Shown: positions 12,501-23,510 of the stretch, one piece after another | How the letters are laid out: each line of letters begins with the position of its first letter | How positions within the stretch are numbered: the stretch's first letter is position 1 | DNA from: Ramazzottius varieornatus | Lineage: Eukaryota > Animalia > Tardigrada | DNA length: 64,000 nt | Direction of reading: 5' to 3' | Assembly (NCBI GenBank): GCA_001949185.1 | Contig: BDGG01000014.1 | Coordinates: 1,457,378-1,521,377, forward strand | Program-made: the position numbers and the translations under genes | Notes under the pieces: model-generated | What the model was told of the DNA's origin: nothing | Database searches by the model: none | The model's input: only the letters and a program-made list of their open reading frames with translations

Positions 12501-14957
12501 CTGCCGTTGTCGCCGCATCCCCCGGCCTCCTTACTAATTGTTGCAGCCAGCTGTCTTTCCGTCAAGCTCCGTTCTCGCTCACTCCTCTCTAACCGCATCT
12601 CTTCAGGCCGTCTCCACCGTTCTGTCTCTTAACTTGGCCAGGATTGTCCACATGTCCGCCCTATCACAGATGTCTTGCCTGGTCAAACTGAAGATCTAAC
12701 TCTTTGTTTGTCCACTTTGTGGTCTTTTGTTCTGTCTTGCCGTCGAGCTTTGGAAATTGGTCGAGATATCAAGGCGCCAAAGTAGCGTTCTAATGAATAG
12801 ATAAACTTTCTTTCTTTCTTTCTTGCTCACTGTCGTCCTGTACTTACAGCGCCAGTCTCTTACTGTGATGACAATCCTGGCCAAGCGGTTAGAGATGGAG
12901 AAGCGAGAGCAAAAGGTGCTGTGCTGCCACCATTAATCAACACAATTAATGCAAACAGCTTTCGTCTGTGAATATTTGGGACATGTGTCCTCCAGTGTGG
13001 AAGAATAACGAGGAGATGTGTTGTAGGTCCTGTTGATCAACGCAGTGCGCGATGTGGCTTCGGCACTGGGCGACTTGATCCACGCCACCAAGGCAGCTTC
13101 CGGCAAGAGCCTCAATGACCCAGCCATGACCTATCTGAAGGACTCGGCCAAGATCATGGTGACCAATGTCACGTCGCTCCTCAAGACGGTCAAGACGGTG
13201 GAGGACGAGCATGCCCGTGGCACGCGGGCCCTGGAAGCCACCATCGAAGCCTTGGCCCAGGAGATTCGCGTCTTTGATTCCAGCGAGGCTGATGGACGAA
13301 CGGCCAGCGCCGAAGATGTCCTGCGAGCCAGCAGAGCCGTCGCACCGGCTACTTACAAGGCAGTGGCAGCCGGAAGTAGTGGCAAACAAGACGGTATATA
13401 ATTGATGTCTTGTGCCGAAACGCTTTTGACTTGCGTCTTCATTTGTGGAACTAATTGCAGATGCCATTATTGCGGCCAATATGGGCAGGAAAGCCTTGTC
13501 GGACTTGCTGTACACCTGCAAGGCCGCCGCCTACTCCAGCGAGTCGGCTGATGTCCGTAATAAGCTGCTGTCGGCTGGACGCGATTGCGCGCTCAAGTAC
13601 CGCGAGCTGTTACATACTGTCCACATGGTACGTCCTTTCTCTCATTCAACATCTTCCATCATCTTGGCATATTGAACAAGTCTGCATTCTCTCCCATAGA
13701 TCATGACGCGACCCGATGGCAAGAACCTGGTAGGCGACCTGAAAGCCATGACGCACGCCATCGTCCAAGCCATCCATCTGATAACGGCAGCCGCCGAAAA
13801 CATGAAGGAGGCATCTGGCTGGGTAAGAGCATTGTCTTCGCTCTTCGTCTCCTCTGTATCGTCCTCCTATAGGTTGATCTAATGCTTCAACAGGTCAACC
13901 CCGAAGATCCCACCGTCATTGCCGAGAATGAACTGTTGGGCGCTGCTGCCACCATTGAGCATGCTGCTCGACGCTTGACGGAACTGCGACCAAGAAACAT
14001 CGAATACAAGGTACAGTACGATTGTCAGTCAGTGGGCTTGCTGATCAGTTTGTGCATGTCTTTGCAGTTGGAGAACAACGAATCGATGAACTTTGACGAG
14101 ATGATCTTGCAAGCCTGCCTGTCCATCACGACGGCGACGGCGGCGTTGATCAAGTCGGCCTCGGTGGCCCAAGCCGAGCTGGTCAGTGACGGCAAAGTTT
14201 CGGCACGGCCCTTGTACAGCTCGGAAGATGGCCAGTGGTCGGACGGCCTCATCACCGCCGCCCGCACCGTCGCCGCCGCCTGCCACAACTTGTGTGAAGC
14301 GGCCAACGCCCTGGTGCAGGGACACGCTACCGAGGAGAAGCTCATCTCCTCGGCCAAGCAAGTGGCCTCTTCTACCGCTCAACTCTTGGTGGCTTGTCGG
14401 GTCAAGACCGACTCCAACTCCCCCTCCATGCAACGTCTACAGGCAGCCGGTAACGCCGTCAAGCGAGCCACCGACGAGCTGGTCCGCGCAGCTCAGCAAA
14501 GTCTGGACGCCTACGAGGAGAGAAGCTTGGTCATCAACAGGAGAATCGTCGGTGGTATCGCCCAGGAAATTACAGCTCAGGTTGGTCAAATAGTCTTATC
14601 GATCAGCAAGATGGACGGTGTACATATGGTCATGATGGTCCAATGCATGATGGACCCCCGATGGGCACACATGACTTGGTGGATGATGTTTTGCACTGGT
14701 GTGTTGAATGGAGATGCAACGGTGTTTGACCAAAGGTCTTTCTTTGATAGGAGGAAGTACTGATCAAAGAGCGCGAACTGGAGGAAGCTCGGGGCAAGCT
14801 GTCGGCTCTTCGTAAGGCCAAATATGGTGAGCGTCAGTCCGACGATGAGTACTACGGTTATGGCGCTTCACCCTCAAACTACACATCTCACACCACAACG
14901 GAGACACGCATAACCGAAGCTCGTTACACAACCGGCTCCGGCTATGCATCACAGTAA
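3564..14957 (+). CDS. TLN: Talin, full length (F0-F3 FERM head, rod R1-R13 including I/LWEQ, dimerisation helix), multi-exon
   Basis: Recognisable talin segments: MVLLSLKV... (F0); RDPVQLNLLYVQ; LKTYGVTFFLVKEKMKGKNKLVPRL; RWAASPNTFSLDFGDY; IAGYIDIIL; LINAVRDVASALGDL; VNPEDPTVIAENELLGAA; EDGQWSDGLITAAR; EEKLISSAKQVASSTAQLLVAC; KERELEEARGKL. Stop TAA at 14955-14957. Confidence 0.97.
6312..6338 (+). other. Candidate 27-nt in-frame cassette microexon of talin (adds KWAFLLPSL in R1)
   Basis: ctaacAG|CAAATGGGCCTTCCTCCTTCCTTCCCT|GTAAGT inside the phase-2 intron 6170-6484. Frame is preserved with no stop. CTAAC occurs four times nearby. Confidence 0.35.
12044..12215. repeat. Long inverted repeat (~60-bp stem hairpin) filling talin intron 12033-12283
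   Basis: 12044-12108 pairs with 12150-12215: gtcgacttgtca/tgacaagtcgac, tttgtgcct/aggcacaaa, cttcagccc/gggctgaag, aatcttctgattt/agatcaggagatt, gaact/agttc. Confidence 0.85.
12850..12915 (+). other. Candidate 66-nt in-frame cassette exon of talin (RQSLTVMTILAKRLEMEKREQK) in R11
   Basis: Long pyrimidine tract, then tacttacAG| at 12849 and AAG|GTgctg at 12916. Phase 0-0, 22 sense codons, inside the 559-nt phase-0 intron 12468-13026. Confidence 0.55.
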
Positions 14958-15939
14958 TGAAGGGGCACGCTGTCAGCCAGACCACACACTGCCGCCGTCG
15001 TTTGCTGTATTAGGACATTCTCTAACACTCACCTGACCCTTGACTGTGTCTTCCCATTCTGCTCCTTTAACCCATCTTCTCTCTCACATGTCGACGTGCC
15101 TCTGACTACGCTCTTCCTTTTGAGGCCATTGCCGCCAGTTTGTTGCTGTTTTAATCCACCAAGTTTCGTTTTTTAAAAGTTTTACCTGTAGATAATCTCT
15201 TTTTGCGCCTGCATGCCTCTTGAATATTCGAAAGTACCTATCCGTTGATGTGTGCCTTGGCAGCTAGCTTTATACAACACTTTTAGCCTTCTTTTCGTCA
15301 GATGTTCTTAACGTACTCCTACTCTTTTATCAAGACATTTAAATATGAAGCAACGGATTGTGGCGCAATGAACGTTGGTTGTAGGTAGAAAAAGCAGGTC
15401 AGGCGAGCAAGAGCTGCACGTTGATGGTATTAGGCCCGCTAGAATAGGGTAAAGAACGCCGATTGGCCTGTTATGATGATTATATTGATGATGGCTTTGT
15501 GATTCCTCCTGGCCTCCACACAACGCGCCAAGCCACAATGCTAACTCAACTTTCCCGCCATAGTTGGCCGGCGTCGTCATGGCGTAAATGATGGCCAGCA
15601 CAACAATGAAACAAGATGGAAAGTGAGAATGTTATTGGCCCATCAGACAAATTATTCAGTCAGCGTCGAACCTTTCGTGGCGGTCAGAAGATTAGGTGGC
15701 AGGTCTGTTGTCATCATTGCACGGCAGGCGCTGACCGTCGGCCATAATACAGTAGCTACATCTCTGTACGCGTAGTTGGGTATATATGGCCTCTCCACCT
15801 CTATCCACCTCTATCTTCATTTTCCATCGAGAAAGAACTGTGTAGCATATCTGTAGCATTTACATTTTGACTTTCGACATCTGCCTTGCTTCAGTCTTTT
15901 GGCTGACCAGGGGAGAATAAAGCCTGTGGTGCTGCAGTC

Positions 15940-17204
15940 ATGAGGGCCGGAAGTGCCGCCTTCATCCTCCTATCTTGTTTGCTTGTTTGCATCTGGACTG
16001 GAGGTTCGTCCGCATATCATGGCAAAAACTGGCTGGCCATAACTGTGCGATAACTATCATGTGGTGCTTTTTGTAGTGAGCGATGCCATCCAGTGTTACC
16101 ACTGTGAGTCCAGTCCGCGCGACGGCAAATTTTGTCGAAGGACGACGGAAGCCCGCCTGATCGACTGTGACTCCACTTTTTGCAGTGCTCTGGTCTGGAT
16201 GGAAAACGGTAAGCGCAGTGCCACGAGGTTCCTCGGGAAAGCGTTCCCCTTGTACGCCATCATGATCTGCTGCATGGCTCTTGACAGGTCAAGTCAGGGT
16301 CCATCGAGGCTGCCAAGGACACATTTCCAGTTGGGGCTTTGGGCGGTCAGAATGCGACATTATGCAGTCTGACCGTCTGATGGACACTGGTGTGGCCTTC
16401 TATCAATGCCGAGGCGATGCCTGTAATAACATCGAGCCTACGGAAGAGACATCCAGCAAGGTTGTCTTGATGACGCAGTCAAGCGCTAACAGCCAGCACT
16501 CCAGCATGATGTCGCAGTCCCAGTCTATGCAAGACAGCAGCGACAAGGAGGAGTCTGTCAGTTCCGTTTCCAGCAGCGGGATAAACTCCCAAGCAGGTGG
16601 TAGGGCCTCTGCCGCCTCAGCTTCCTCCTTCCCTTCTAATAAGGGCAACTCGGCTGCAGGCCAGTCGCATGACATGGATATCATGTCCAAGAACCATCGT
16701 AAGCAGAAGAAAGTTGTGATTGCCGACGATGACGAGGGCGAGGGCGAGGAGGACAGTTCGTACGGCGCCAAACCCAAACCTAAGCCACGACCACCACCAC
16801 CACCACCTCCTCCTCCTCCAAAGCCAGCCCAAGTTCGCCAAGAAGAGGAAGCCCCAAGGCCACCCCCGCCTCGCCCTCAACCCAGGCCAACGCCTCCTCC
16901 ATACAACCAGCAAGAAGTACTGCCGGAAGAAGTGACAGAACAACGTAAAGTGGTCACACGTAGGCCGCCCCCTCCGCCACACCCGCCCAAGCCCAGGCCA
17001 ACTCCACCACCACCACCGCCGGAAATAGAAGATGAAGTACCGGAAGAACAGACCGAAGCGCCGGCTTATGTTCCCAGAACCACACCGATGACTAAAGCTC
17101 GACCAAAGTATGGAGAGGACATCGACATCAAGGAGGTCACCCAGATGGAGCAGGTGGTGACAAGACCTCCAAGACGGCGCTTTACTGTTTTTGACCGCAA
17201 GTAA
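15940..17204 (+). CDS. Secreted Ly6/uPAR (three-finger)-like protein A with Ser-rich and Pro-rich tail
   Basis: Signal peptide MRAGSAAFILLSCLLVCIWTG, then IQCYHC...FC...DC...FC...HRGC...SEC...YQCRGDACN. Two phase-1 introns. Ends RRRFTVFDRK*. TATATAT at 15781 and AATAAA at 17283. Confidence 0.85.
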
Positions 17205-17972
17205 AATATCCTTACTTGATCTCTCCTCAAAAGTTTGCTCATAATAGCCTGACGCTCTTGTGCTTTGATACTTTATAATAGAAAATAAACATTGACTGTA
17301 AGATGTGGATGATCTTTCTTTTGGTTTTTCTACTCAAGAACATTTTTATGCTGCTAGCAGGCTAGCTACTTCTAGAGTATACAGTATGGCGGAGCAAGCT
17401 ATCAATAAATACGAGTTGAATCAAGATATGGAAAAGGAGGCAAGAGCTGCCGACGGGAAGCACGCGTCATTCACTGTATACACATGAGATTAGTAGCGCT
17501 CCATCGGGGCAACTGCTGGCCTGTAAACGAGTGGATACACGTGCCAAAAGTGAGAAGAATTAGAAAGCTATTGGACTTGAGCGGCAGCTTTTTCAAACAT
17601 ACAAGTTGCAGCTAGGCACTTTCGATCATCAGATCAGAAAAACAAGAAAAACTGCACAGTAGCGTAGTTCCGCTTCCTTCACTCTTACTTTCTGAGCGAC
17701 AGGCATTCTTCCGTAACCTTCCCTGCTGCCACTGTCATTGGTAAGGCTACAACAAGGAAAAAGGCTTCCAAGAGAGTCAAACACAAACAGGTGAAAAAGA
17801 AGTCAAACTTCCGCAATCAAGGATACAGGCAGGCCGTAAAGTCAGCGAGCCACGAAGCAAAGACAAGGCGAACTTCTGCTGGAAAACTTACTCTTCCACT
17901 TAGACACTAATCAAGACTCGATCGGGGATCCAGTGCAAATTTAATTGGTACTTCCGCTTGTAAGCGTAAGGA

Positions 17973-18559
17973 ATGATGGCTATCAATGGAATCACTCTTA
18001 TCCTTGTCTTGTCGGTCATTGGTAAGTGGTGAAACGTTGGAAGTAGCTCCATATGATCCGATGGCTGTATGGCTGCGTCAATGCAGGTGCAAGCAGGGGT
18101 CTTCGCTGCTTCGTCTGTCTTCCGGATGCCGCAACAGGAGAAAACTGCCGCCAGATCGCTGGCCAGAGCCTACAAAATTGCACCAGCGATACGCGACATT
18201 GTGTGGCCGTCGTTCTGGGAGATGCCCTTGGTACCATAACCGTCTTCCGCGGCTGTGGAGGTCATGTTCAAAATTTCAACATGGGAAGTGACGAATGCAC
18301 AATGCTGGATAGTCGACAGGACGATCTGCCTGCCGGTCAGTGCTTTCAATCCTTTCTTCCCATGGGTCTGCTGCTGAGACTAATGTCCATCTGTATTTCA
18401 GCTTACTACAAATGCAAAACTGATGGCTGCAATAACATTGAACCGATCACCACGGAAGTAACGGAAGTTATTCGTGCTTCGCCCATTCTACTCACTGTTA
18501 ATGGGACCGTTGCTCCCGCCGCCGTCGCCACCGCCGCCGGCAGTCCGGTTGGGGGTTAG
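17973..18559 (+). CDS. Secreted Ly6/uPAR (three-finger)-like protein B with short tail
   Basis: Signal peptide MMAINGITLILVLSVIG, then LRCFVC...NC...NC...HC...FRGC...DEC...YKCKTDGCNNIEP. Two GT-AG introns. AATAAA at 18743. Confidence 0.8.
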
Positions 18560-19191
18560 CTATTTGCCGAACACTGAGTGCTGAGCCAGAGTTTTTTGGC
18601 CTAGTTGAGGGCCGGGTTCTCTGTACTTTTGCATATACAATTCCGTTGACGCGTGTGCTCGCATCATATCTTGCACCGGCGTGCAAATCGTACAGTCGAT
18701 ATGCTCCTTACTACCCAAGTATTGTGTTGTTTTCAGGTCAAAAATAAAAATTTGTAACTGCATGTTTCTTTCTTCGCAAGGGGCTATTGTTGGTTACGTC
18801 GCAGCTGGCCTCTGTTTGTGATTTCGCAAGCAAGAAACTTACAGTCTCTGCCCCAAGCATTTAAGAGTTGAAAGACCGTTGTTACGACACTTAATTTTGA
18901 TGTATGGGCTGATGGCATAATCACGCAAAAGTCGTGCAGTGGTGACCGAAGGATGTCGAAAAATTCTAACGTTACGTACACATCGATCGATGACCGATAA
19001 ATGGTTTTGGAACTCTTCTTGGGGTATTGACAACATCAAGAGCTGGCAAGGCTCGAAGGAAAAAGAGAAGCAATTCAACAGGAGGGAAAAGATCAAGTAG
19101 GCTACGATAAAAGGGCAGAAAAAGATCCCTCATTGCTTATGGCAGTCCTAGCTACTTGTCTGTAATGACGGGCTTGAAGGTGAACATCACT

Positions 19192-21726
19192 TTACTTTCG
19201 GTCGAAGACGGTGCGGCCTCTAGGACGGGGTCGCATGGTTACTTCAGGCTGCACATCGGGCAAGATCTCTTCTCCTCCATAAGATGGTGGCTTGGGTTTC
19301 TTGGTGGTGGTAGTAGTAGTTGTCGTGGTGGTAGTGGGCTTGGTGGGTCGAGGACCATAAGCGGCGGCGCTGTCATCGCTATCGCTGTCGTCGCTTCCGG
19401 AAGCGGCCGATTGTTTCACTTGTTTGCTCCTGGAGCTGGAGGACTTGCTGAAAGAGGAGCTAGACTTCTTGGATGAGGAAGAAACCGATCCGGAAGCTTG
19501 GGCGCTACCAGCGGTCTTGACCTGGCTTTGGTTATCAGCCTCATCTCCGCTGTCATCGGCGCTGTCATCGCTATTGTCACTGTCTTGCAATATCGACGAC
19601 TTGGCAGCCTTCCGTTGGATCGAGGCGTTTTCTTCGCTGGCTCCGGCGCTCAATAGCTCGCTGGCTTGGTTGGAGCCAGAAGAGGCTGCACGACTGGAGG
19701 ATGAAATCCTGGCGGACTTGGCCTTCAGAGCAGCCATGGTTCGCTTGCTCTGCTGCATGGCAGCGGCGGCCTTCTTGGCCATCTCGGCCTTAGCTTGGTC
19801 TTGGGAGTCGTCGGCAGAGTGGTCAGAGTCAGAGTCAGAGTCCGAGTCCGATCCGGCCGACTGGCCGGAGCTGGACGAAGACTTCTTCATGGAAGAGGAA
19901 GCGGACATGCCAGAGCTGGCCGACGAAGACTTGGCCGATCCACTGACGGCGGCCTGGGGACCGAAGGACGTAGCGGACGAGACCGATTGCTTACCACGGG
20001 CTTGCTGGTCATCAACACCTTGGTCGTCGGACTGGTCCTCACCTTGGTCCTGGTCTTGGGAGGCCGACTGTTCTTGGCTGGACGAAGACTTTCTAGCCTG
20101 CATGCTGGACGACGAGGAGGACGATTTGGACTTCATGGCAGCCATTGTTTGTCTGCTCTTCTCCATTGCGGCGGCAGCTGTGGCAGCCATATCAGCCTTA
20201 GCTTGAGCCGCGTCATCGTGTTGGTCATCCGAGTCGGAATCCTGACTAGAGCTGGAAGACTTGGACTTCATAGCAGCCAAAGTTTGCTTGCTCTTGGCCA
20301 TTGCGGCAGCAGCTTTGGCGGCCATATCAGCCTTAGCTTGAGCCGCGTCATCGTGTTGGTCATCCGAGTCTGTGTCGTGGCTAGAGCTGGACGACTTGGA
20401 CTTCATGGCGGCCAAAGTTTGCTTGCTCTTGGCCATTGCAGCGGCAGCTGCGGCAGCCATCGCCGTCTTGGCATCAGCCTGGCTTTCTTGTTGGTCGGAG
20501 TCAGAGTCCGAATCCGAGGAGTCAGAGTCAGAGGCAGACTGTTGGCTGGAAGACTTCTTGTCCGAGCTGGAAGACATTTGCGATGACCTGGCCTTCAGAG
20601 CAGCCATGGTTTGCTTGCTTTTGGCCATAGCAGCGGCAGCCTTGGCGGCCATTGCAGCCTTAGCTTTGGCCTGGTTGTCTTGCTGGTCCGAGGAAGAATC
20701 GTCAGAATCCGCACTGTCCTGGTCGGCACTGTCGGAGGAAGCGGACGTGCTCTTGGATGAGCTGGACTTGGAGGTGGAACCTTGGGACTTGGACTGAGCG
20801 GAAGCCGAGCCGGAGACCTTGGCGTTCTTGCTGGCAGCCAGGCTGCTCAATAGCTGGGCCGACGAGGACTTGGAGCTTTGGCTCTGGGCGTCAGAGTCTT
20901 GGTCGCCGCTGTCTTGGTCATCGTTACTGCTGGACGACTTCTTGGCCGACATCGACTTGGCTGACATGGACGATGACTTGGAGGATGAAGACTGCGATTG
21001 GGAAGAACCCATAGTGAATGAGATACGGCCATTACTGACCGCACCAGCTTCAATGTTGTTACAGCCATCACCGCGGCATTGATAAAAGGCAGCGGCAACG
21101 TTGGAGAGCTTGGAGCTGCTGATGACGCTACATTCATCACCCATCTTCCATGACTGGACATTGCTCGCGCAGGCTCGGTGAACCTTTATCGAACCTACAT
21201 GATACGATAAGGTGAAATCCCCACTGTATCTTTGCTCCCTTCTAGAAGGTCACCATTTAGATTTTCAAATAGAATTTACGTCTCCTTTCATACACATATT
21301 CAGCATTATGTAACGACCACCACACCAAAGCCACCGAACAACAAAATGTATGTTAAACGTCGTGAATTTGCCGAGGTTCGCCGCATGATATAGCGAAAGG
21401 TCATGCGCGGCTCTATTTCCGCGATATTCCAAAGAGCAAGGCCTACCGTTATCGTCATAGAGGACAGCTGCGCAGTGCTCGTCGGATTCCCCGCAGTCGG
21501 TCAGTTTGTCATCGGTTGCCTTACTGCAGTCCTGGCATTCGTAGCATTGAAGGGCGGAAGCTCCATCTGTAAAAAACACCCAAATGTTAGATTAGGTGCC
21601 TGCAGTTTAAGGCGGAATGTCTGAGGGGACGCGAGAGGGGAATAAATAGATCCAGAGGAATAACAGCGGGGTACCTTGCAGGAGGAACAGAGTGAGTGCC
21701 GTAGCACAAAGGACGAGGGACCTCAT
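19192..21726 (-). CDS. Secreted Ly6/uPAR-like protein C with ~600-aa Ser/Ala/Asp-rich repetitive tail
   Basis: Signal peptide MRSLVLCATALTLFLLQ, then LQCYECQDC...DC...HC...|GSIKVHRAC...DEC...YQCRGDGCNNIE. The 650-aa ORF ends RGRTVFDRK*. Confidence 0.87.
20130..20460 (-). repeat. 135-nt (45-aa) coding tandem repeat within Ly6 gene C
   Basis: ccattgcgg recurs at 20163 and 20298 with near-identical following sequence. Unit: DSDDQHDDAAQAKADMAAKAAAAMAKSKQTLAAMKSKSSSSS. Confidence 0.85.
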
Positions 21727-21799
21727 GTTGGTACGACAGAATACTGCTGTGTCTGTACAGTTGGAGAACAATGCAATGTTATAACTGAAACCATTTGGC

Positions 21800-21807
21800 T
21801 TTATATA
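21800..21807 (-). promoter_or_regulatory. TATA box of Ly6 gene C
   Basis: TATATAAA on the minus strand about 75 nt upstream of the ATG at 21726. Confidence 0.5.
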
Positions 21808-23510
21808 TTCCGGCCAGCGGAAAGGCAAAATATGTGCGTTTTGCTTGATGTATGATAGCGATATTGTTGCTCAACTTTCGGGCTGGTTAGGTATCGGCAT
21901 CGGAACGACGAGCAGCAGGTCTTGCGGCTACTTGTGCATGTAAGTCTTGTGTAAAGAGAAGAAAGGAAGAACGTACACGCCGTCAACGTCTATGACAAAA
22001 GCCGTCATTACGCTGTACAAATGACATATAACCAATCGGTTATGTCTTGCATTTGAAGGCGAGAACAATATTCATCGAATATTTAGCAGCTGTTGAGCTT
22101 GCTTGATTGCTGAGTGTAACGTCTGTTGTCATACATTTTGCTGCGGCGAACCCTACTGAACGAGTACGCCGCCATTGTTTTGTCGAACGTCGCGCCATAG
22201 TCACTTTCACTTGACGGGCGCATGTCCGTTCAGTTAGGCGATGCACTGTTCTAACTAGGTAACGACTGACACCTCGAGAGATGATTAAAGGCTCATTATG
22301 GAATCATATTTTTTTCACTATCGCAAAATATTTTCTCCGGAGCAGGTTGTGAGCTTGACTGAGGAATGTTACAGTGATACTTATATGTACGTTGTCCAAC
22401 CGGTAACTGCTTCCTTGGCACGTTTTGCGCATACAATCACAGCCCCCAGTCGAACGGTCGGGCAACTTCCGCCTCGTAACCTTGGTGTTCAAGAAAATAA
22501 TTCAGACAAAAAGAAGTAAATCTTTCGTGACTACCTGCTGAACTACATTTTTTGTAAGTCTTCCTTTCTGTCGGTCTCGCTAATTACAACATTAACTTTC
22601 TTACTTATCAGACAACCCTGATGGACTGGTTCCGCTGAGTTTTCTTTTCTAGTTGCGCAAGATGGCTTTCAAGATGGTCGTAGGACACGGCAAAAATGTA
22701 TACATGGACCAATTTACAATGATTTACGTTGTCAACAGCCGCACGAACCCGGAAATGAGACGAAAGGGAGTTAGGTGATAAGTTTAATCTGTTCGTTTTT
22801 TTGACTTGGTCAGTGGTCACTTGCGCTTTCAGAAGGTACCTTCCGTGAAACTATGCGACCCTACCATTAATCCATTATAAATTATGATGGGGTTCGTTGT
22901 CGTCCATTTCGACTGTTAATCCAGGACAACCGGGAAGCAGAGCACTAACAAAGAAGAACTTCCAGAATGTCTCACTTTGAGACATCTCAGGCTCGATCGT
23001 TGACGAACGATGGGGAATACGCTGTCGCGGATGTTATGCTGCGTGCTCACACCTGCACTAGCGGTGCATTTTGGTGCCTTTTTTCCACCTTAGAGCCTCT
23101 CTGATTATTAGTAGCGTGTTCAAATTTCGCAAAGAGCCGTGTAGTTGAAAGGGGGTCCCTCGATTTTTCGATCGATGTCCAAAGAAAACAGGACGACGAT
23201 GTTTTCAGAGAAGAGGCCTGAACCGGCTGGAGCGCTCAGCTCTGTATCTGTCGTTATCGACATGAGATAGCACTTTCGACCCTATATGGCGAGTAGCCTG
23301 GTGTCTGTTGTGGGGAGCAATTCGAAACTTCAATAATTTTCAAATCCAGATTCCAGAAACAGAAGTAAGGCGCCGGAAGTTCCGATTTTGGAACAGTTAA
23401 ACGTGAGAATGCTTTGATCTCTAGCACGAATGTACCTGGTTTGCTTGCAGATGCACACTGCAAGTTGCCGATGTGTTTCGGACGGTCAGTAGATCATTGG
23501 TGAAAAAGCG

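Noticed and set aside
5033-14433. Many antisense ORFs across talin (e.g. 6797-7531, 12946-13521)
   Set aside because: By-products of GC-rich codon bias; no recognisable domains.
15308-15601. 97-aa minus-strand ORF between talin and Ly6-A
   Set aside because: No ATG-led signal peptide, splice structure or homology.
19424-21082. Long + strand ORFs (260, 263 and 141 aa) antisense to Ly6-C
   Set aside because: Shadow ORFs expected from Ser/Ala/Asp low-complexity codons; no independent gene signals.
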